Positions 52,362-62,198 of a DNA stretch of 64,000 nt are shown here, in pieces. Both the position numbers and the translations under genes were made by a program. The notes beneath the pieces were generated by a model that made no database searches, had not been told where the DNA came from, and saw nothing but the letters and a program-made list of their open reading frames with translations. The DNA comes from an uncultured virus (IMG/VR IMGVR_UViG_3300050821_002105) (lineage: Duplodnaviria > Heunggongvirae > Uroviricota > Caudoviricetes), in IMG/VR virus record IMGVR_UViG_3300050821_002105, one strand, 5' to 3'. Each line of letters opens with the position of its first letter. Within the stretch, counting starts at the first letter, position 1.

Positions 52362-52448
52362 TTAAAAGCGCCAGCGTGTTGCCGTTACACTATCCCAGCC
52401 CACATGGGTAGGGAGCGAGATTCGAACTCGCAATACTGGCTAGATTTA
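52362..52448 (-). ncRNA. Circularly permuted tRNA mimic 2 (YrlA-like topology)
   Basis: GCCAGT, GCGAG-TTCGAAT-CTCGC, closed acceptor stem, TAGTGTAACGGCAACAC, GCTGGC. Confidence 0.72.
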
Positions 52449-52450
52449 GG

Positions 52451-52687
52451 TGGGTGGCGGGATTGGCTACCCGCAACGTAGGACTCAGAGTTGCCTATGA
52501 TTGGTTACCTACGAACTACCTAGTTCTGCTTGTCGATTTTCAACCCTTGCAAGGGGTTTTACTACCCTATCCCTCAGGCGCTAGCCCACCAGTCAAGCGT
52601 AGTTTTCCTCCGACCTAAGCGTGTATTATCCCCCAGCCTGAGCTATAAGGATTCTTCTACCACACCCTATGGGTTGCCGTCGCTACC
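52451..52687 (-). ncRNA. Unidentified structured RNA, about 237 nt, with own promoter
   Basis: Closing helix GGGTAGCG/CGCCACCC; TTGACA...TAAGGT just upstream. Confidence 0.55.
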
Positions 52688-52730
52688 CAAATCAATTACA
52701 ACCTTAACACATTTCGCTCTGGTTGTCAAG

Positions 52731-52814
52731 TCCGTCGTGTAGGGATCGAACCTACCGTGTTACTAGAACGCCAGATTTACAGTCTGGTGCCACCACCATT
52801 GGGGCCTACGACGG
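52731..52814 (-). tRNA. tRNA-Tyr(GTA) with C1-G72
   Basis: CCAGA-CTGTAAA-TCTGG; long V arm. Confidence 0.82.
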
Positions 52815-52978
52815 ATGAGTGGGTGGTTGCCTGGCCCTCTTAACGAGGCAGATGCCGCTCCCACTTATTCATGGTATTTATCTATGATTCCTGCCTCTGG
52901 GGCTGCCAGGCGGTTTTCTCTGTCAATGTGCATATAGGTCAGCCGAAGCTGAACAGAAGGTTAAAAACCCTCTCTGAG

Positions 52979-53049
52979 CGGGGAATGAGCTAATCGAAAA
53001 CTCGCTAACGGGTTTGGAAGCCGTTGTACTACCACTATACGAATTCCCC
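52979..53049 (-). tRNA. tRNA-Trp(CCA)
   Basis: Cloverleaf, G73. Confidence 0.8.
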
Positions 53050-53276
53050 AAGGAACGCTACTATAACATAGTTGCCGCTGAATGTCAAGCCCCCGGAAAG
53101 ATTTCTTTCCTTTTACAATCCGGTTGCCGACAAAACAAGTATAGCACATGCAACCCCTATTTGTCAATAGGTAGAGGCAATATTTTTATTACGATCATGT
53201 TAACGCAGCCTGAGATTCACCTTAGCATAAAACGTCCAGCTTGTCAACCCTTTTTCTACAAATCCCATAAACTTAC

Positions 53277-53336
53277 TTGACAAATCAGTATTTCCCTGCT
53301 ATACTGCCATAGAGCACATAAGTGGAACATATGTTC
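53277..53336 (+). promoter_or_regulatory. SigA promoter followed by SOS box
   Basis: TTGACA 53277, TATACT 53300, GAACATATGTTC 53325-53336. Confidence 0.7.
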
Positions 53337-53349
53337 ACGGGGATGGTAT

Positions 53350-53955
53350 ATGCCGCACAAGATTAGCAAGGGCGTTCAGAATAGAGTCACTGGTATCGTC
53401 AAGCAGCTAGACAATATAGCAAAGTACATAGGACTGATTGATGAGCCGCAAATCACCGAGCTACTCAGGCGAGCGTCTATCGGGTCCACTCCGGATGGAT
53501 TTGGTCCCGGCAAATCCCTTGGAGAAGGTGGTGGGCGCGGTGGGTCCACGGAGGACGGCATCTCTCGGCCTACTGAGTCTATGGCGCTCAATCAGCGCCG
53601 AACTGTAGACCCGGTAAAGGCACAAGCGAAGAAGATCCAAGACTGGATTTGGAACGCTGAAGCCGATTTAGCTGACGCGGTGGACGCTTTAAAGTATATA
53701 AACATCCAGCTAGAAGAAGAAAAAGAACGTCCGACAACAGTTCCATGCCTTGTTTGTCAGTTGCTTCCCGCCACCAAGAGAGGAATGTGTGATAGCGATT
53801 ATCACGATTGGTGGAAGCACGGAAAGCCTGACTTTCAGGCATGGGTTTTCTTTAAAACAAAGCAGCGAAATCAAGAGAACCTACTGCTGGTTTCTGAATG
53901 TCCACCCCCTAGTGATGGCAATAAGGCCATCCGCGGACCCCACAAAGCAAAGTAG
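53350..53955 (+). CDS. Hypothetical Zn-finger protein upstream of late genes
   Basis: CLVC...RGMCDSDY..W. Confidence 0.6.
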   Translation: MPHKISKGVQNRVTGIVKQLDNIAKYIGLIDEPQITELLRRASIGSTPDGFGPGKSLGEGGGRGGSTEDGISRPTESMALNQRRTVDPVKAQAKKIQDWIWNAEADLADAVDALKYINIQLEEEKERPTTVPCLVCQLLPATKRGMCDSDYHDWWKHGKPDFQAWVFFKTKQRNQENLLLVSECPPPSDGNKAIRGPHKAK

Positions 53956-54756
53956 GTGGTAACACTCTTATGACGCTTAAAGTTACCAGGCAAATCTCGA
54001 GTTTCGCCAGGTCAGCAGCTTATTTGGATCTCGACTTGACAGATGGTGTAAACTTACTTTTAGATATCACTTTAATGGACTTTTATGTCTAACGACAACG
54101 TTCGGCCATCCGAAAAGGATCTACGTCTTGTTGGCTTTAACCGCCACCAAATGAATGTATTGGCTCAATTGCCAGATGACGTTGTGCAAGAAGCATACTA
54201 TACACAGCTAGAACTTCTTATGAGTGGTAACGATATAACGCTAGATTTCTAGCACATGCAAGTGGAGGAACACTTTGCCTGATCCAGAAGAGTTCAAATT
54301 CGAAGATATGTTTGACGACTCTGATGTTACGTCTGTGGTTGGAGATGCCGAAATCGCCCTGCGTAAGCAGATGGGTGATGACAACTTCGAAAAGATGATG
54401 CACTATCAGCGTGCTACTGCTGACAATGATCTGGCGCTCACACAGGGCCACATTGATAGAGTAAACGCTGTTGCTAGAGTATGGACGGCTGTAGAGCAGT
54501 CCATTAAGGTTGCCGCGGCCTTAGCTGTGGCCTGGTCGATTTATTCTTGGACTCTTGGGCGCATCTTTAAGTAACGACCCGGAGTGCAGCCTTGAAGACT
54601 GCAAGCATCCGGCAGAATACGCTATTTATCCAGATCGCTTTCGGCGCATTGAGTTGGCCGTCTACCTCTGCACGCCACATCGCGATACGGCAAACGAGCG
54701 CGTCGTCGGCAAGCAAGAGCTATACCAGGTGGCGTGTCAGATGATAAGAGAAAGCC

Positions 54757-57333
54757 TTGGCTACAGCTAAAAAGAAGCGCGCCCCCGATCATTTCAGCAA
54801 TGTCCTTACTGAGACGATCAACCCTAGCGTTATAGATGCCTTCACTCCCTTAGGATACAACCCCACACCTAAGCAGAAAATCTTTCACGATCTTTCTCAA
54901 CAGAAGGTTCACGCTATCCTTTACGGTGGCGCCCGAGCCGGTGGCAAGAGTTGCGCCATGACGATGGAGGCGATCCATTGTGCTGTAAACTTTCCCGGCA
55001 TGAAGATCCTCTGCCTCCGACGCACTTACCCAGAGCTAGAAGAGTCTTTCCTAGCTGAGCTAAAGAAGCGTCAGTACGCTGCCCCGCTGGGTGGCAAGTG
55101 GAACCAGACAGACAAGAAGCTTAGGTTTGCCAACGGCTCTGAGATAAACTTCTCCTACGCCGAGACAGAGATCGACATCTCCCGCATCCTTGGTGGTGAA
55201 TACCAACTCATCGAGATTGATGAGGCTTCTAGAACGCTCCCTATCATCATAAAGCACTCCGAAGAGAACCTGCGATCTGGAAGCCCAGCCATTCCGGTGA
55301 TGGGACTACGGCTTGCTACAAATCCCGGAGGCACCGGGCACTGTCTACCATATGGTGACGTTCTAACCCCCAATGGTTGGCGTCGAATTGAAGACATTAC
55401 TACAGGTGATCCAGTATACACCGTGCGACCTGATGGCGTGATGGTCGAAACCACCGTATCTAGGACGTTCGAATACGACTGGGATGATGACATAATTGAA
55501 GTCAACGCTCGCGGGCTTTCTATGGCGATGACTCCAAATCATAGAGTGGCGAAGGTTGGCGGCACAAAGACCAATCAAAAGACAAAATTCTCGTTGGTCC
55601 CTTTTGAAGAACTCCCCGGTCAGGCTACCATCTTGCGTTCTGTAGAGTGGCAAGGCAAGCCGTTGCCATCGTTCACTCCAGATCCAATAGAGACAAGAAA
55701 GCGCAAGTTGGAACAACCAGCAACGCTTTCTGGTGATCTATTTGCAGAACTCTTGGGCTGGTACCTATCAGAAGGTTCGGTAGTACGCTCTGGTCCAAAG
55801 GCTTTCGACATAGCTCAATCGAAACCAGACGGCAGAGACGCGATACAGAAGCTTCTAGATAGGTGTGGGCTTCAAGGGACTTGGGGTGAAAAGTCAGTAA
55901 GGATTTACGCTGCTGATTGGTGGTGGTATTTCTCGCAGTTTGGTTATTCCTATGAGAAATTTATTCCTGACTGGGTAAAGGCTGGGAGTCGAGAAGATCT
56001 TCAGATTCTCCTGAACGCGCTCATGGCTGGTGATGGGCACTGGCAGTCTAGAACTGGTGGTGCATACTATACGATCTCTAGACAATTAGCCGACGATGTT
56101 GCAGAGATAGCCGTCAAACTCGGCTATCTAGTGTTAGTAACTGAGTTTCAGAGGCCAGATAGAGTTGGTCCTAGTTTTACTGTAAACATTAAGAAGGTAT
56201 TGTCTGGGGGGAGTGAACTCCTTACTGGGAATCATCTTTACGACGTAAAGACAATGACCCAGCGTTCTTCTAACATTAGAAGAAACCATTATACTGGTAA
56301 GGTCTACTGTCTTGGCATAGATGATACCGAGACGTTTATCGTTAGACAAAACGGATCAGTCTGGGTAAGCGGCAACAGTTATCTCAAAGAACGTTTCATC
56401 AAGCCAACAGAGCGCGGTCAGCATCTCGCTATCGACGCCGTTGGACGCCGAGTGGCGTTTATCCCTGCGCTCTACACAGACAACCCGTACATCAATCAAG
56501 AACAGTACAAGCAACAGCTTGACGCGATTGATGATCCTGCTCGTCGTGCTGCTATGCGTGACGGCGACTGGGACGCCCAGGTTGGTCAGTTCTTCGAACA
56601 GTGGAGTCATTTCAAGCACGTTATCGACAGACATTGGGATCTCCCGATGGAGTGGCAACGTTACTGTGGTATTGACTACGGTGTTCACGCTCCATATGCC
56701 GCCGTCTGGGCGGCTGTAGATAACGATGGCAGAATGTGGGTTTACCGTGAGCAGTATGCTCGCGGTGTAGATGCGCGTTCACAAGCCATGAATATTCTCG
56801 AAGCCGAAGAAGCTGCTGGCGAGTACGAAGTGATACGAGTTGCCGACCCTTCCATGTGGGGCAATCGTGGCACGCCAATGAGTATTGCTGATGTGTATGG
56901 CTTAGAGGGTTGTGGCATCATGCAAGCTGACAACAACCGTCCTAACGGTTGGGCGCGGTGCCACCACTTCTTAAATGATGGACCAGCTTGCGAATATCAC
57001 ACCGAGATGGGCTGGGAAGAGTGCCCAATGATGCACGTCTTCGGTGATGAGTGTCCTAGCTTTGTGGAAACAGTTCCAGAGCTACCGCGCCATCCGCTCA
57101 ACCCAGACGACGCCGAGACTAAGAACGTAGAGGACCACATCCCAGACGCCTGGCGTTACCTCTGCATGACCGCTGGAACCAGCGGTGGACCTGTTATTTA
57201 CGACAATGACGCAAGGGAGGCTACGTCAGCGGACGTGCGCCAACTCCACGAAGAAGAAGGCGCAGCCTACATGCCAGAAAGCGCTAGGCAAATAGGCCCC
57301 TTCGTGGTTGGCGACTTGCGAATGAACCTCTGA
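54757..57333 (+). CDS. terL: Terminase large subunit (intein-containing)
   Basis: YGGARAGGKS, IDEA, ATNPGG, DNPY, GIDYG, ADPSMW, EDH.PDAWRY. Confidence 0.95.
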   Translation: MATAKKKRAPDHFSNVLTETINPSVIDAFTPLGYNPTPKQKIFHDLSQQKVHAILYGGARAGGKSCAMTMEAIHCAVNFPGMKILCLRRTYPELEESFLAELKKRQYAAPLGGKWNQTDKKLRFANGSEINFSYAETEIDISRILGGEYQLIEIDEASRTLPIIIKHSEENLRSGSPAIPVMGLRLATNPGGTGHCLPYGDVLTPNGWRRIEDITTGDPVYTVRPDGVMVETTVSRTFEYDWDDDIIEVNARGLSMAMTPNHRVAKVGGTKTNQKTKFSLVPFEELPGQATILRSVEWQGKPLPSFTPDPIETRKRKLEQPATLSGDLFAELLGWYLSEGSVVRSGPKAFDIAQSKPDGRDAIQKLLDRCGLQGTWGEKSVRIYAADWWWYFSQFGYSYEKFIPDWVKAGSREDLQILLNALMAGDGHWQSRTGGAYYTISRQLADDVAEIAVKLGYLVLVTEFQRPDRVGPSFTVNIKKVLSGGSELLTGNHLYDVKTMTQRSSNIRRNHYTGKVYCLGIDDTETFIVRQNGSVWVSGNSYLKERFIKPTERGQHLAIDAVGRRVAFIPALYTDNPYINQEQYKQQLDAIDDPARRAAMRDGDWDAQVGQFFEQWSHFKHVIDRHWDLPMEWQRYCGIDYGVHAPYAAVWAAVDNDGRMWVYREQYARGVDARSQAMNILEAEEAAGEYEVIRVADPSMWGNRGTPMSIADVYGLEGCGIMQADNNRPNGWARCHHFLNDGPACEYHTEMGWEECPMMHVFGDECPSFVETVPELPRHPLNPDDAETKNVEDHIPDAWRYLCMTAGTSGGPVIYDNDAREATSADVRQLHEEEGAAYMPESARQIGPFVVGDLRMNL
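55342..56376 (+). mobile_element. Intein with LAGLIDADG endonuclease (345 aa)
   Basis: H|CLPYGDVLT...MTPNH...LLGWYLSEGS...ALMAGDG...VYCL...VSGN|S. Confidence 0.92.
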
Positions 57334-57343
57334 CGGAGCACGA

Positions 57344-58855
57344 ATGGCCCTGATTAAGCTAAGCCGCGAAATCTCTGAGGCTACTATTTCGACGCCCTCT
57401 GGCGCTGCTGTGGCCCCAACGGGTCGCCGTGGTTGGGTTCCAGGGATTCCAATCGGTGGTTCAACAGAATCGAATCCAGGCCAGTCAACTACGGCTGGCG
57501 CCTTGACGCGTGCGTCCTGGATGACGCAGTTATTCCAGTCTTACCTAGCCTGCACTTATGTATCAGATTGCATTGACGTTATCGCCCGTACTATTACGGC
57601 TGGTGGCGTGCAGGTTGTTCCAAACAATATGTCGCTGGAGGGGGATACCATCCCTACCCCTCCACCCGCCGTACAGGCTGTCCAGCAGCTTCTTGAATAC
57701 ATCAATGATGAGGAAGACACCCGCCAGCTTATGCGTGGTGTGGTGACTGATCTTCTGGTATTCGGTGATTCGTTCACTGAAATCGTGTATCTTAACAAGA
57801 AGCCGATAGCATTGTACCCACTGGATCCGAGCACAATGGATGTGCTGGCTGACGAGCATGGCACAGTGTTAGGATACCACCAGACTATGGGTACAGGTAG
57901 GGAGCAAGATTTCCTGCCGCACCAGGTCATCCACGTTAAGATGGACGCGCCTGGGTCTGGGCTGTACGGTGTTTCGCCAATCCAGAAGAACTACGTTCCA
58001 ATCACGAACTATCTTTTCACCGCTGGATTGATCCAAGAGACAATGAAGCGTGGCGACCCATCTAGGTTGCACGTTGACTGGCCTATCGCTCTGCCTATCT
58101 CCGTTCAGGAACGCTTGCAGCAGCAGTACCAGTTTAAGAATCTTGGTGCGAAAAACATCGGCAACCTCTTTGAGACAAAGGGACAGACCGGCGTTCAGGA
58201 ACTTGGAACCAACAAGCTTAGCGACTGGAAGATGATTCTTATCACTTGCCGTGATGAGATCATTTCTGGACTTGGCGTACCACCATCAAAAGTGGGGGTT
58301 ATCGAATCTGCAAACATCGGTGGTGGTCAGGGTACTTCTCAGGACCGTTCGTTCCGAGTAAACACTTGTGGACCAATTGCTGAGTTGGTGCTTGAAAAGT
58401 TCAGCTTCCGCCTTCTGTACCAGTGCTACAACGTGAACGACTGGCACCTGAAGTTTGGTGAAGTTGACTGGCGTGACGACCTGACTATTGAGCAGATTCG
58501 CGATATGCGTCTGCGTAATGGTAGCTGGCTATTGAACCGCTACCGTACCGACATTGGCGAGCCACCAACCGAAGGTGGAGATGTTGCCGTGCTGGTTGAC
58601 CGTCAGAATCTTGTTGCATGGCGTGATATGTCTGACCTGTCCGCTGCTAACCTAGCCGCCATTATGGCGCAAAGCGCACAGTCTGATGCTGCTGGTGTTG
58701 GTGGAGCGAAGACCGCACCCCAGCCTGGCGATCCACCAGAGAGTCCAAAGCCTACTGAGCACATTCCGTTTGACCACTTGGCCTATCGGGATGACTGGGA
58801 AGCCTGGAGAGAGGCCCGCAAAGAGTTAGCAATTGAGGAACTGCTAGGGAATTAA
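57344..58855 (+). CDS. Portal protein (HK97-like)
   Basis: DLLVFGDSF.E, LYPLDP, VIH, YGVSPI, GVPP.KVG; follows TerL. Confidence 0.92.
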   Translation: MALIKLSREISEATISTPSGAAVAPTGRRGWVPGIPIGGSTESNPGQSTTAGALTRASWMTQLFQSYLACTYVSDCIDVIARTITAGGVQVVPNNMSLEGDTIPTPPPAVQAVQQLLEYINDEEDTRQLMRGVVTDLLVFGDSFTEIVYLNKKPIALYPLDPSTMDVLADEHGTVLGYHQTMGTGREQDFLPHQVIHVKMDAPGSGLYGVSPIQKNYVPITNYLFTAGLIQETMKRGDPSRLHVDWPIALPISVQERLQQQYQFKNLGAKNIGNLFETKGQTGVQELGTNKLSDWKMILITCRDEIISGLGVPPSKVGVIESANIGGGQGTSQDRSFRVNTCGPIAELVLEKFSFRLLYQCYNVNDWHLKFGEVDWRDDLTIEQIRDMRLRNGSWLLNRYRTDIGEPPTEGGDVAVLVDRQNLVAWRDMSDLSAANLAAIMAQSAQSDAAGVGGAKTAPQPGDPPESPKPTEHIPFDHLAYRDDWEAWREARKELAIEELLGN

Positions 58856-59017
58856 ATGCCAACACAGGCCCAAGAAGAGACTGGTTACCTATACCCCGTA
58901 GTCGGTGATCCCGTTTACGGCATTAACGGTGGTCCAGTTGAGGGACCAGTTGGCACCTTGGGTGTTCCTTTGACTGCCGCTGCTGCCGCTGCTCTCATCC
59001 AAAAGGAAGTGGGCTAG

Positions 59018-59485
59018 GTGGCGAAGCCGCTTACATCTAAGCAGCGTGCAGCCGATCTAGCCAACTTAGCGAAAGCCCGTGCTGCACTTCGAACGAAGCC
59101 TCGGACACCGGCTCAGGTAGCCGCTTCAGCTAAGAATCTAACGCTGTCCAGAACGCGAGTACGCAGCACCAAGTCGGTTGCATCCGCTGCCGCTAGGCGT
59201 CACGTTAGTTCTGCTGGTATGTCCCGCTACGGCGGTGTTTTGGGACGCGCTCCTATCGGTGGGCGTCACGTTACCGACACTTTAACTGTTTCCTTCGCCC
59301 ACCGTAAGCCTACTGGAATCAACAAGAAGTTCCAGAAGCGCATCTCTTCTACGATCTACGACCAGAGGGGCAAGTGGGAAGCAAGCAGAGTCCACCACTT
59401 CAAGAAGCGTCTACGCCAGCGCAAGCCGCGCCGTTCGCATCTGAAGCATTGGCGCACAAGACGCCGCAGTATCGGCCCGAAGTAA
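59018..59485 (+). CDS. Highly basic Arg/Lys-rich protein
   Basis: Composition; position in head module. Confidence 0.55.
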   Translation: MAKPLTSKQRAADLANLAKARAALRTKPRTPAQVAASAKNLTLSRTRVRSTKSVASAAARRHVSSAGMSRYGGVLGRAPIGGRHVTDTLTVSFAHRKPTGINKKFQKRISSTIYDQRGKWEASRVHHFKKRLRQRKPRRSHLKHWRTRRRSIGPK

Positions 59486-60357
59486 CAGAAGCATTCGCTC
59501 ATGGCTACTCGGAATGGTTTGCTTTCCCATCTCCGAGAGCCAAGCGAGAGCATGATTTTTTGCTTGGTTATCCCGTTCCACCTGGGTTTGTAGAAGCCCG
59601 CGGCGGGATGCATGGCCTTGTAGACAAGCTCTACATGCGTAAAGATCACATTGAGCATTCTTTATTCTTAGCTATCATAGCTTGGTGTAAGAAGTTCTCT
59701 ACGGTTGTCAACGCTGCCGTGCTAGAGAAGATTCTACGGGATGACTCAGAGAAGGACAAGAAGGGTTCAGCCTTAGCGTCCCTGACGGCCACCCTCAGTC
59801 ACGAACCGACGCTCAGCAGACAACTTAGAGGGATTCTCTCTTCTCATGCTGCCACAGCAGCAGCAGAGGGCACTGTAGCCGCTGGAGCGGTCATTAACAA
59901 GAAGGCTGGGGTCGCTGTCCCAGACCTAGACGATCAGTACAAGAAAGAGCACACAGCGGTTGTCAAGTCTGGTGTCCACACAAACGGAGTGGATGCTACG
60001 GCTACCTTAGTGCTTTCAGGAATAGCGGGCGATCTCGCTCGCCAGATTCCAGGCCAAAAATACGACGGCCAGACGAGCGACAACATTCAAGGCTCTGTAA
60101 GCGCTGTAGTAGCGGCTGGACTCGGGGCGTCCCTATATGCCGAGATGGCTACGCACAGCATCTACGCCGCCGCCCAACTACAACAGATAGCCGATGCTGG
60201 CGAACGAGTGGACTTTATCACAGTAGGTGATGGCCGGGTTTGCCAGGATTGCGAAGATGCTGAAGCTGGAAGTCCGTACACCATAGACGCCGCTCCTTCT
60301 ATCCCACAGCATGTGGGATGCCGCTGTTGGTACGGAGCAGCAGGCGCAATTAGTTAG
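59374..60357 (+). CDS. MuF-like minor head protein
   Basis: C-terminal GDGRVC..C...P.HVGCRC. Confidence 0.7.
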   Translation: MGSKQSPPLQEASTPAQAAPFASEALAHKTPQYRPEVTEAFAHGYSEWFAFPSPRAKREHDFLLGYPVPPGFVEARGGMHGLVDKLYMRKDHIEHSLFLAIIAWCKKFSTVVNAAVLEKILRDDSEKDKKGSALASLTATLSHEPTLSRQLRGILSSHAATAAAEGTVAAGAVINKKAGVAVPDLDDQYKKEHTAVVKSGVHTNGVDATATLVLSGIAGDLARQIPGQKYDGQTSDNIQGSVSAVVAAGLGASLYAEMATHSIYAAAQLQQIADAGERVDFITVGDGRVCQDCEDAEAGSPYTIDAAPSIPQHVGCRCWYGAAGAIS

Positions 60358-60368
60358 GAGTTGTTTAG

Positions 60369-62150
60369 ATGGGCAAGGCTCGCGTAGCGACCATTAAGGG
60401 AACCTTCCTTGTTCCCACAGTAAGCAAGAATCGCAGAATGTATACAGTGGAGAATATCGGTAACGCCGTTTCCCGTATGCAGAAGCGCTTGACCGGGAAC
60501 GACGGATTACCGTTGACGATGTTCCCCTCTCACAGCACGGCAGATACCGACAACGCCTTGATGACCATCGGCAAGATTACTAAGGTGGCGCAAGAAGCGG
60601 ATGGTTCCGCTACCTTCGAGGCAGACATTGCAGACACTACTGCTGGTCGCGATATGGCAACCTTGGTTGATCCAAGCAACCCATTCGTGAAGGGTCTTTC
60701 GATCCGCGGCGCGTGGATGGCTGAACCTAAGACAGTCGAAGCAGAAGACGGCAAGGATGCTACTACGGCGTCTGATCTTGATGTGTTCGGCATTGACTGG
60801 ACCGGTCGCCCTGGAGTTGAAGGTGCTCAGATCACTGACGCCAAGCTCTACGAATCCGTTGGTCTTCCTGTATACGATGGTTTCATCTTCGAGTCCGCAG
60901 ACGGCGAGGCTTTCTTTGATGAGGCGACCGAAGAGGATGACCACAAAAATCGCAACCTTTCTGAAGTAGCTGACGCTCTGCGTAACGCAGCCGATCTGCT
61001 TTCCGAAGCGGGGGATGCCCCAGGCGACGGCAGCAAGCCATACGGTAATGTGACTTACGCCGACCCCGGCTATCAGAAGGACAAGAAGAAGCGCTATCCG
61101 ATGGATACCGCTGCTCACGTCCGCGCTGCATGGGCTTACATCAGTAAGGCTAAGAACGCTGGAGCGTATACCGCTCAGCAGCTTGCTCGCGTTAAGAGCA
61201 AGATCAAGTCTGCCGCTGGCAAGTTCAAGATAGACATCAGTGAAGACGTTACAATGCTTCCTCTTCAAGAAGCAATGGAAGTCTATGAGGCTTACGCTTC
61301 GATGTGCATCTACAATGCCGATGGAAACATTAGCGCAAGTGGTTCCGCTGATGCGGATGAGATCCAGAACCTTGCACGTCGCATCGCTTTTGCAGCAATC
61401 TCTGGTATCAACGCTCTAGATCCTGATAACGACGACGACATTGACCTGACGGCGCCATCAGGAGAAGCAGCACCAGTCCCAGATGACAACAATATGGAAG
61501 GTTCCCAGGTGTGCCCTGAGTGCTCCGAAGCGGACATTCCACCAAACTTTATGTTCTGCCCTCAGTGTGGAGCATCCTTAGCAAATGATGAGTCTTCAGA
61601 GGAAGAGTCCGAAGAAGAAACCACTAATACAGAGAGTGAGGAAGCCATCGTGGCTGACGAAACTACAACTACAGAGGCAGAGACGACAGAAGAGTCGGCT
61701 TCAACCTCAGAGACGCCAGCCGCAGCGCCAGCTATCACAATGACTGCTGACCAACTGACGGCTCTTGTAACTGGTGCTGTTGAAGCAGCGGTAAAGGCTG
61801 CTACGCCTGCTCCCGTTACTGAGACTGAGCCACAGGAAAGCGCAGAAGAGGCAGCCCTAAAGGCGCTTGTTGCGTCTATCCGTGAGGAAGAGAAGACAAG
61901 GGCAGACAACGAGGCACTGGAGGCCGTTCGTGCCGCTGGCCTTGTTCCTGGTCCTTCCGGTCTACAGGCTGGCGCACGCGCTGGTCAGTTCTCAACTCCA
62001 GTGGCCGAGGCAGGCAAGATCCCTTCCGCTCAGGAGCTATCTGAGATGAGCGAAGAGGATTACCTAGCCAACACATATGAGGCGCTTGCGGCTCACCCAG
62101 GTTGGTCACGTCTGATGAACCGTGCTGATGCACACGCTCGCGGCTTCTAA
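60369..62150 (+). CDS. Prohead protease/scaffold with inserted DUF6582-like domain
   Basis: SKNRRMY, H, GLSIRG, IDWTGRPGV; KPYG.V.YADPG...RYP.DT..HVRAAW; acidic scaffold tail. Confidence 0.82.
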   Translation: MGKARVATIKGTFLVPTVSKNRRMYTVENIGNAVSRMQKRLTGNDGLPLTMFPSHSTADTDNALMTIGKITKVAQEADGSATFEADIADTTAGRDMATLVDPSNPFVKGLSIRGAWMAEPKTVEAEDGKDATTASDLDVFGIDWTGRPGVEGAQITDAKLYESVGLPVYDGFIFESADGEAFFDEATEEDDHKNRNLSEVADALRNAADLLSEAGDAPGDGSKPYGNVTYADPGYQKDKKKRYPMDTAAHVRAAWAYISKAKNAGAYTAQQLARVKSKIKSAAGKFKIDISEDVTMLPLQEAMEVYEAYASMCIYNADGNISASGSADADEIQNLARRIAFAAISGINALDPDNDDDIDLTAPSGEAAPVPDDNNMEGSQVCPECSEADIPPNFMFCPQCGASLANDESSEEESEEETTNTESEEAIVADETTTTEAETTEESASTSETPAAAPAITMTADQLTALVTGAVEAAVKAATPAPVTETEPQESAEEAALKALVASIREEEKTRADNEALEAVRAAGLVPGPSGLQAGARAGQFSTPVAEAGKIPSAQELSEMSEEDYLANTYEALAAHPGWSRLMNRADAHARGF

Positions 62151-62198
62151 GTAACACTTTCCATACATTCCTCCGATTCTTGAAAGGATCACTCCCTA

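Noticed and set aside
52451..52687. RNase P RNA
   Set aside because: GAGGAAAACT only loosely resembles GAGGAAAGUC, and the 3' P4 strand is not evident
44019..53049. Stop-codon reassignment or suppressor tRNAs
   Set aside because: No CTA/TCA/TTA anticodon identified; long genes are intact in the standard code and all three stops are used
60507..61268. Long antisense ORFs (also 18471-18974, 36040-36516, 63375-63956)
   Set aside because: Shadows of well-supported genes on the opposite strand, without RBS or motifs
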